Source: Amoebophrya sp. A120
Taxonomy: Eukaryota; Protista; Dinoflagellata
Reading direction: 5' to 3'
Assembly (NCBI GenBank): GCA_905178155.1
Contig: CAJINV010000002.1
Location: 840,780-904,779 of the forward strand
DNA length: 64,000 bases
Shown: in pieces, positions 57,600-64,000 of the stretch
How the letters are laid out: each line of letters opens with the position of its first letter
How positions within the stretch are numbered: the stretch's first letter is position 1
The notes under the pieces: model-generated
What the model saw: only the letters and a program-made list of their open reading frames with translations
What the model was told of the DNA's origin: nothing
Database searches by the model: none
Translations under genes and position numbers: made by a program

Positions 57600-59711
57600 T
57601 TTTTGTCTCAGAAATGCCGTAGAACGATTGCTCGTTAGAAACAAAAAGGCGTGAAAAGTCTTGTTGTCTTATACGGATTCGAAGAAAACTCCCTCCTGAC
57701 AGAAAACCTAGCAGCAGATTTTACACGTAGAGCAGCAACGCACTGAGGTTTTCGTTTTTATCGTCTTCCGAAGTAGGATGAAATAACTTCAATACTTATT
57801 TTTGAAAGCTTATAGATTTGTTGAGAAGTAGACGCGAGAAGCGGATCAGTAGAAAGTGTTATCGAAGAAAAGAACTCCAACTCTGACCTGTATGCACGTC
57901 GTGGTTTTTGAAGCGAAATTATAGCAAGTAGTACTATCACTATGCTATGCAAGGTTGCAGAAACTAAACTGCAGCTGTGGTGCCCATCATGAAATGAAGT
58001 ACGTCTTCTTCCGCGATTTCTGAAATCAATCACGCTGGTACAACAACTACGCCAGCGCTCTGGCTGCGCACTCCCGCCATAGCGGTACCGAGGAGGAAAA
58101 AAATCTTCGGCACTGCTTGTGAAAGGATCAATTCGTTTTTCTGCTGATTTTCTAGATCATCTGTGTCGTCTTTGTGCGAACAAGTTTTATATTGATCATG
58201 ATCGTGTGTTTCTTTTTTTCCGCGCCCGAGCACGGCATCAAAGGTTCAAGGCCAAAAAAAATCCTTTGCAGTCAAGATTCCAGCTCTCTCGCCTAATCAT
58301 GATCGTTTCATGAGCATGATGAGACATCCGAATCACCCCCGGCCTCTTCCTAAAAACTTTTCTCTGAATGGCGAGCAGTTTCGCGATCGCTTGCTTCGCG
58401 CTTTGATTTTGAATGAAATACTAACTAACACTCAATAGGAGGCCGTGTCACTGGCAACCGGAGAGGTCGCGTGTCATGCTTGTTGCCTCACACCACTTGA
58501 CATCCGAACGCGCGCGCAAGCCTTATTTCGGCTACTGTGTTTTCCTTCTCGTCGTGTCCTCCTGGGTGAAGATGCTTGCTGCAGTGTGCTGCATGTTTTC
58601 TTGCAGCATATTCTGACAATAAAAGACAGAGGCGGGGAAGAGGCTTGGTGCTGGTGTGCATAGCCGATTTTCCGGCGTGCAGGTGTAGTTGTATTCCACT
58701 TTGTGCAGCTGGCTTTTCATTATCTTCCACCTAAGCCTAGTAACATTTTCCAAACACTAACACAGTCGCCCAAGGTACATTACTGGACTACGACTATTGT
58801 ATCGGAAAATGAAATTCCGCAGAAAATATAAGTAAATCATGGGGGTAAAAAATCATACATCATTCATGGGGGTAAAAAAAATCATACATGTACAAATTTT
58901 ATTTTTCGATTTCGACTTACACTTAGATGTCCGTACGTACTGTAATAAGGTAGTTCCCATAACGAAGCATTATTTGCAACGTGGTCTTCTTGGGTTTTGC
59001 AAGTTCGTTAAAACCATTTATTTTTGTAATAGATTGGATGCGCCATTCAATCCGCCCTACGTTCCCGCCTAGTAGTACTAGGAGTTCTAATTAGTACTAG
59101 GAGTTCTAGTTAAATAGCATTTGTGGTTCTGGTTGCACCTCAGCATAGCACTTCGTCGCGCCTAGGCACAACTTTCAAAAGCTTCGTGTCGTAAAAAGGC
59201 GTTGAAATTTATTCAGTCGCGCCGTAAAAATATCGCCATGCCGGTCACAATTTACCTCGTCTCACTGCCCTTCGCGACTGGGATAAAGCGAAAAAATATA
59301 AGAGTGAGGTAACAAATGACCCGTTAACTCGCACCCGCGAGTTAGCCGTCCGCCCGGCCGGCCGGACGGTTAACTCGCGGTTTGAAGCGTAGACAAATCG
59401 AATTGTGGTGCAAATCTACCCCGAAGTGCTCGCCAATCTTCATCAGAGCATGCTGATTGAGAATCTCATCACGTTTATTTTTATATGAAATTGATTGCAA
59501 AACACGACCGAAAAGCCATAGCTGGCTTCATTTCTTGCAATTCAAAACTGGGAAAGTTTTTCATGTGTCAGCAGTGTAAAGGGTCGCTATCATTGCAGTT
59601 CATCTGGGGGAAGCTGAGAGTGGGCGAGTAAAACTCCGCCTACGAGCTAAGATTTTCTTCAGTCGGCCTGTTGCTGCTGCTGGTGCTGGGTGTGTTGCTG
59701 CAGCGTTGCTG

Positions 59712-59845
59712 TATCCTGTGCAAAAGTATCGTGCCCGTAGCAATTGCAATCGTGCATCACTACACATTCGCACTCCATTTGTCATGGTAAGGCATACTTG
59801 TTGCAAATGCAATTACTACTAGCGCGATGCTTTTGCATATTCGTA
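59712..59845. mobile_element. Introner family C copy without a convincing host gene
   Basis: TATCCTGTGCAAAAGTATCG ... GATGCTTTTGCATATTCGTA; flanks TGCTG/TCCTG. Confidence 0.7.
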
Positions 59846-61398
59846 TCCTGCTACCCGGTGCAGTTTTTGCATGTTGCTGGGCTGGTGCTACCTGCCGCCA
59901 CCGAGCGAGAACACCGCGCCACACAAGATAACACCGTCGTCTACCGAACCCACCGTCGAACCGAACCCACACCCACACCACCCACCGAGAACCGCCGGCC
60001 GTCTTCCCGCCCCGCGCACCGGAGACCGTCGTCGTCTTCCCGCCCCGGGGGGGTTGCGCGTTCGCCAGACGCGCAACCCGCGGTCGCAACGCGCTGCCGT
60101 CGCGTTTCACGAACAAGGCGAACCCGTCCATTTGTGCGATAAACCTCATCTGGTCAGTACACCGCCCTGCTTCCATCCTCGAAGACTTTGCCAGAATTGG
60201 GAAAAGCCATTGCTCCGCTGAGTTGCACAACGACGAGCAATACTCGAAACGCCGAGGTGCCTCATAGTATAATTTGTGAAAAGGGAAAACAGGACGCTTC
60301 ACAGCCTGACGCACGGTCGGAAAACACGTCAAGCTGGGACGACGAGATTTTCAAGGGCATCTTCGGGATCTTTGTAGAAAATTGATCTTCGACGGATCTC
60401 AATATGAACGGGCCATCTGCCCCGTATTTCTATCCCGCCCGGGGAGGCGGCGGATCGAGTTGATGTTGAGATTTCGAATTCCGCTCCTGTTTGAATGTAT
60501 GATCCAGCTGCCCCAACGAACCCAGCCTCAGAATACATCGAAGGCCTGCTCTGATGTCATGCGGGTTCTTCTATTTTGAGTGGGATTCTACAAGGAGGCC
60601 CTGCTTCAGTTCTACATTTATATCGGTTATCTTCTCCTTTAGAATTTTGTATAGAATCTGCATTGAAGATCTCCCGTCGGATGGGCAAAGGAGCAAACTG
60701 AAATTGAGGAGGCAGACAGTGGGATCTTCATGTCGGTGCTCTGGAAATCAAATCTACTAACCTCGCCGCAGAGTATCGCGATCGACCCGCGCATGGGATC
60801 CGATAAACACATACGTAAGTGCAATTCTGCTCACGATCCGGCGCCGGGCAAGCGGGCCAGTCATGTCTCAATTTACCTCGTCTCACTGGCCTTCGCGACT
60901 GGCCAGGTATCTGCCACAATGCGCATGGCAATACGTCCGCAACCTGCTACGCACTACAACCCACGCACCGGAAAAGGGCCTACCAGGAAGAAGGTGAGGC
61001 CCAAAGGATGCGGGGCAAGGGCGGGCCACGGGGGTGGCAACACGAAGAAAGAACCCAAACACCGCCGAGGCCAGCCGGCGCGCCGGCGCCATCGCGCCGG
61101 CGGGCCTCGACGACCCTAATCCCCGGGCCCTGAATCCTATACCCTAAACTAACAAACGACCAACAACCGAGGCCACCACCAGCTCTGCTGCTGCATCACC
61201 TCCGTCCTGCCGCTTGCTACGGCGGTGATGCGGCCGCGTCACGAGGTGACACAGGGGAGGAGGGTAGGCGATCCGGGTGGGGGGGGTTATGCGTGGGGAG
61301 GTGGTTCAAAGGGGTGGGGAGGTGCTTCACACTCCTACCAAAAAGGTGCGCCCCTCCACACCAATTTACCTCGTCTCACTGGCCTTCGCGACTGGTCT

Positions 61399-64000
61399 GG
61401 GTCTCGAAAGTTAAAATATTAAGTTTTTTATGTTGATATCAATTGATATCAAATGATATCAAGAGATATCACAGAGAAAGTCGAAAGCAAAACAGAGAAA
61501 AGTACAAAACAAAAGACAGAAACAAAAACAGGAGGAAAAGAAACAAAAACAAACAGAAGCAAAAACATGAAGGATATACATACAAAAACAAACAAAAATG
61601 GCTGCCTGTGCATCACAGACTGCCATTTCTACAGAGAAATACCTGTCACGGCCTATGAGTTTTCTCTGTGGCGAGAGGAGTTTTCTCTGTGATACAGAGA
61701 AAACTTCCCTCCCACAGAGAAAAGTCGACCTCTGCCAAGGGCTGCTGGAAATCAACGTAGAAATGCCAGGAGGTCTGCCATTTCTACTGGAAATCAAGGT
61801 AGAAATGCCAGGAGGTCTGGCATTTCTACTGGAAGCCAAGGTATTTCTACTGGAAATCAACTTAGAAATGCCAGCAGGTCTGGCATTTCTACAGGAAATC
61901 AAGGTAGAAATGCCAGGAGGTCTGGCATTTCTACTGGAAGCCAAGGTATTTCTACTGGAAATTAACGTAGAAATGCCAGCAGGTCTGGCATTTCTACAGG
62001 AAATCAAGGTAGAAATGCCAGGATACTGGAAGCCAAGGCATTTCTGCTGGAAACCAAGGCATTTCTACTGGAAACCAACGTAGAAATGCCAGCAGGTCTG
62101 GCATTTCGAAATTAAGGTAGAAATGCCAGGAGGTCTGGCATTTCTACTGGGAATCAAGGTAGAAATGCCTGAGCCGGCGTTTCTACTGGAAAACACCGGG
62201 TAGAAATGCCTGGGTACTGGGAATCAAGGTAGAAATGCCTGAGCCGGCATTTCTACTGGAAAACACCAGGTCGAAATGCCTGGGCTGGCATTTCTACTGG
62301 GAAACAAGGTAGAAATGCCTGAGCCGGCATTTCTACTGGAAAACACCGGGTAGAAATGCCTGGGTTGGCATTTCTACCCCAAAACGAAGGAGAAGTGTCC
62401 CGGCCGGCATTGCCACGGAGAAATGCCAGGCGTGGCATTCATAGCGAAGAAAAGCACCGTCGAAACGCCACGGAGAGGTGTGACAGGCCTGGCATTCTGA
62501 CTAGAAATCGGCGGCGAGGTGCCAGCCCTGGCGGAGAAGCCCAACACTTGGCATCGGTGCTGGAAATGAATCAAGAAAGCAGGACGCCGCTACCCGAAAT
62601 CAAGGGGGAAACGCGGAGGCGGGCGAGGACGCTAGGCATTTTGCGACAGATCCGGGGCCGGCCTTCAACTAGCAGCAGACCTTTCTCGTACCTCTACAAC
62701 TAGGACCTTCGCGGTCTAAAAAAAGCGAGTCTGATCATCGCCAGCATTTCCTAGCGCAAGGGGCTATGTTTCTGAACTGGTTGCTTTAATTTTCACAGCA
62801 GTTTTTGCGCAGTGCGAACGTTCTGATCTGGTAGGCTATCATTCATTTTGGTCGATCGCTCAGCGTACAAATACGCTCATGGAGAGCGGTTGCATTTCGT
62901 GCGAGTGTGCCATCATTCTACGTCCGTTCACTTATCGAGCGTGCAGCTGGACTAGCTTGCGGCATACGTGCCTCCGTGATCGAAGGAGCAGGAGAGAGAG
63001 GCGAACAGCGAAGGGAAGCGCCTCCAGCTCCATCCATATCAAATGCAAATAGATCTGGGTCTGGAATTATTGGGTTTGTCATGCACTTTTTGCATGGCCC
63101 GCGAGGTCTGTGATGCAATTTACCTCGTCTCACTGGCCTTCGCGACTGGGATAAAGCGAAAAAATATAATATAAGCACTCTATCCGTTCCTCGGTGTAGT
63201 TGCTGCATAAAATCAATCGGGTGCTCGCTTCTACTTGAGGCGACCGACTAACAAGTATTTACAGTACTATTTATGATATGCTCCTGCTTGTGAGTACTTA
63301 GCTGGTGGTCTGTGCCATAAAGGGGTCTCGAAAGATAAAATATTAAGTTTTCTCTGTTGATATCAATTGATATCAAATGATATCAAAAGATATCACAGAG
63401 AAAGTTGAAAGCAAAACAGAGAAAAGTGTAAACAAGAAACAGAAACATAAACAGAATGAGAAGAAACAAAAACAAACATAAGCAAAAACATAAAGGATAC
63501 ACATATAAAAACAAACAGAAATGGCTGCTTGCGCATCACAAACTGCCATTTCTGCACAGAAATACCTGTCGCGGCCTCTGAGTTTTCTCTGTGGCGAGAG
63601 GAGTTTTCTCTGTGATACAGAGAAAACTTCCCTCCCACAGAGAAAAGTCGACCTTTGCCGAGGGCCGGCATTTCTACTGGAAATCAGAGTAGAAACGCCA
63701 GGAGGTCTGGAATTCCTACCGAAAATCCAAGAAGAAGTGCCAGCCTGGCGGAAATCCAGGTAGAAAAAATGCCAGGAGGCCCCCCCCTGGCATTCCTACC
63801 GAAAGTCCAGGTAGGTAGAAACGCCAGGAGGGCTGGCAATTCTACTGGAAATCAAGCTAGAAGCGCAAGCGCCATGGCATTCGTGCCAGAGATCGAAGAT
63901 CCCTACAGGAAATTTAAGTAGAAATGCCAGCAGGCCTGGCATTCCTACAGGAAATCGAAGCAGAAATACCAGGAGGTCTGGCATTCCTACAGGGAATCCA
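61399..64000. repeat. Duplicated ~340-bp block (61399-61740, 63323-63660), each copy followed by a 21/42-bp palindromic satellite
   Basis: Unit TTTCTACTGGAAATCAAGGTAGAAATGCCAGGAGGTCTGGCA repeated 61740-62380 and, degenerately, 63660-64000. Confidence 0.9.
63037..63116. mobile_element. Truncated family A element (left TIR only)
   Basis: TATCAAATGCAAATAGATCTGGGTCTGGAA... ends abruptly at the CAATTTACCTCG motif. Confidence 0.7.

Larger units (their letters stand above)
59248..63171 (+). repeat. Dispersed motif CAATTTACCTCGTCTCACTGGCCTTCGCGACTGG, four copies
   Basis: Copies near 59248, 60869, 61362 and 63116. The first and last also share GATAAAGCGAAAAAATATAA. Confidence 0.85.

Noticed and set aside
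59600-60332. Possible minus-strand gene hosting the 59712 element
   Set aside because: The translation is compositionally unconvincing and has no recognisable motif.
61459-62703. Repetitive ORFs (EIKVEMPGGLAFLL)n
   Set aside because: Translation of the 21/42-bp satellite; no independent sign of coding function.
1-64000. rRNA, tRNA or an autonomous transposase/reverse transcriptase
   Set aside because: No recognisable signature by eye; a covariance-model or HMM scan would be needed to exclude them.

Overview
Eukaryotic, gene-dense 64 kb window. Its architecture best fits a parasitic dinoflagellate of the Amoebophrya (Syndiniales) type; this is inferred from intron structure, not from a marker gene. 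Almost all genes lie on the minus strand. They are interrupted by about 44 short (110-320 bp) elements from roughly 10 sequence families. These elements share one layout: ends 5'-TA(T)...(A)TA-3', terminal inverted repeats (TIRs), a 5-bp flanking direct repeat (target-site duplication, TSD), and many internal GCAT(G/T/C)ACAA motifs. Removing an element plus one direct-repeat copy restores the reading frame wherever I checked, so they behave as non-canonical, transposon-derived introns (introners). Recognisable products are an NPSN-like Qb-SNARE, a PARP-family ADP-ribosyltransferase, a RING-finger protein with a split RING, a CS/NudC-domain protein and TYW1 (11 introner introns). Several hypothetical proteins are also present. 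A repeat-rich non-coding block (about 19.3-24.5 kb) carries a D-2-hydroxyglutarate dehydrogenase fragment and a repeated spliced-leader-like 22-mer. The last 5 kb are satellite/subtelomere-like. All coordinates and splices were read by eye and may be off by a few bases.
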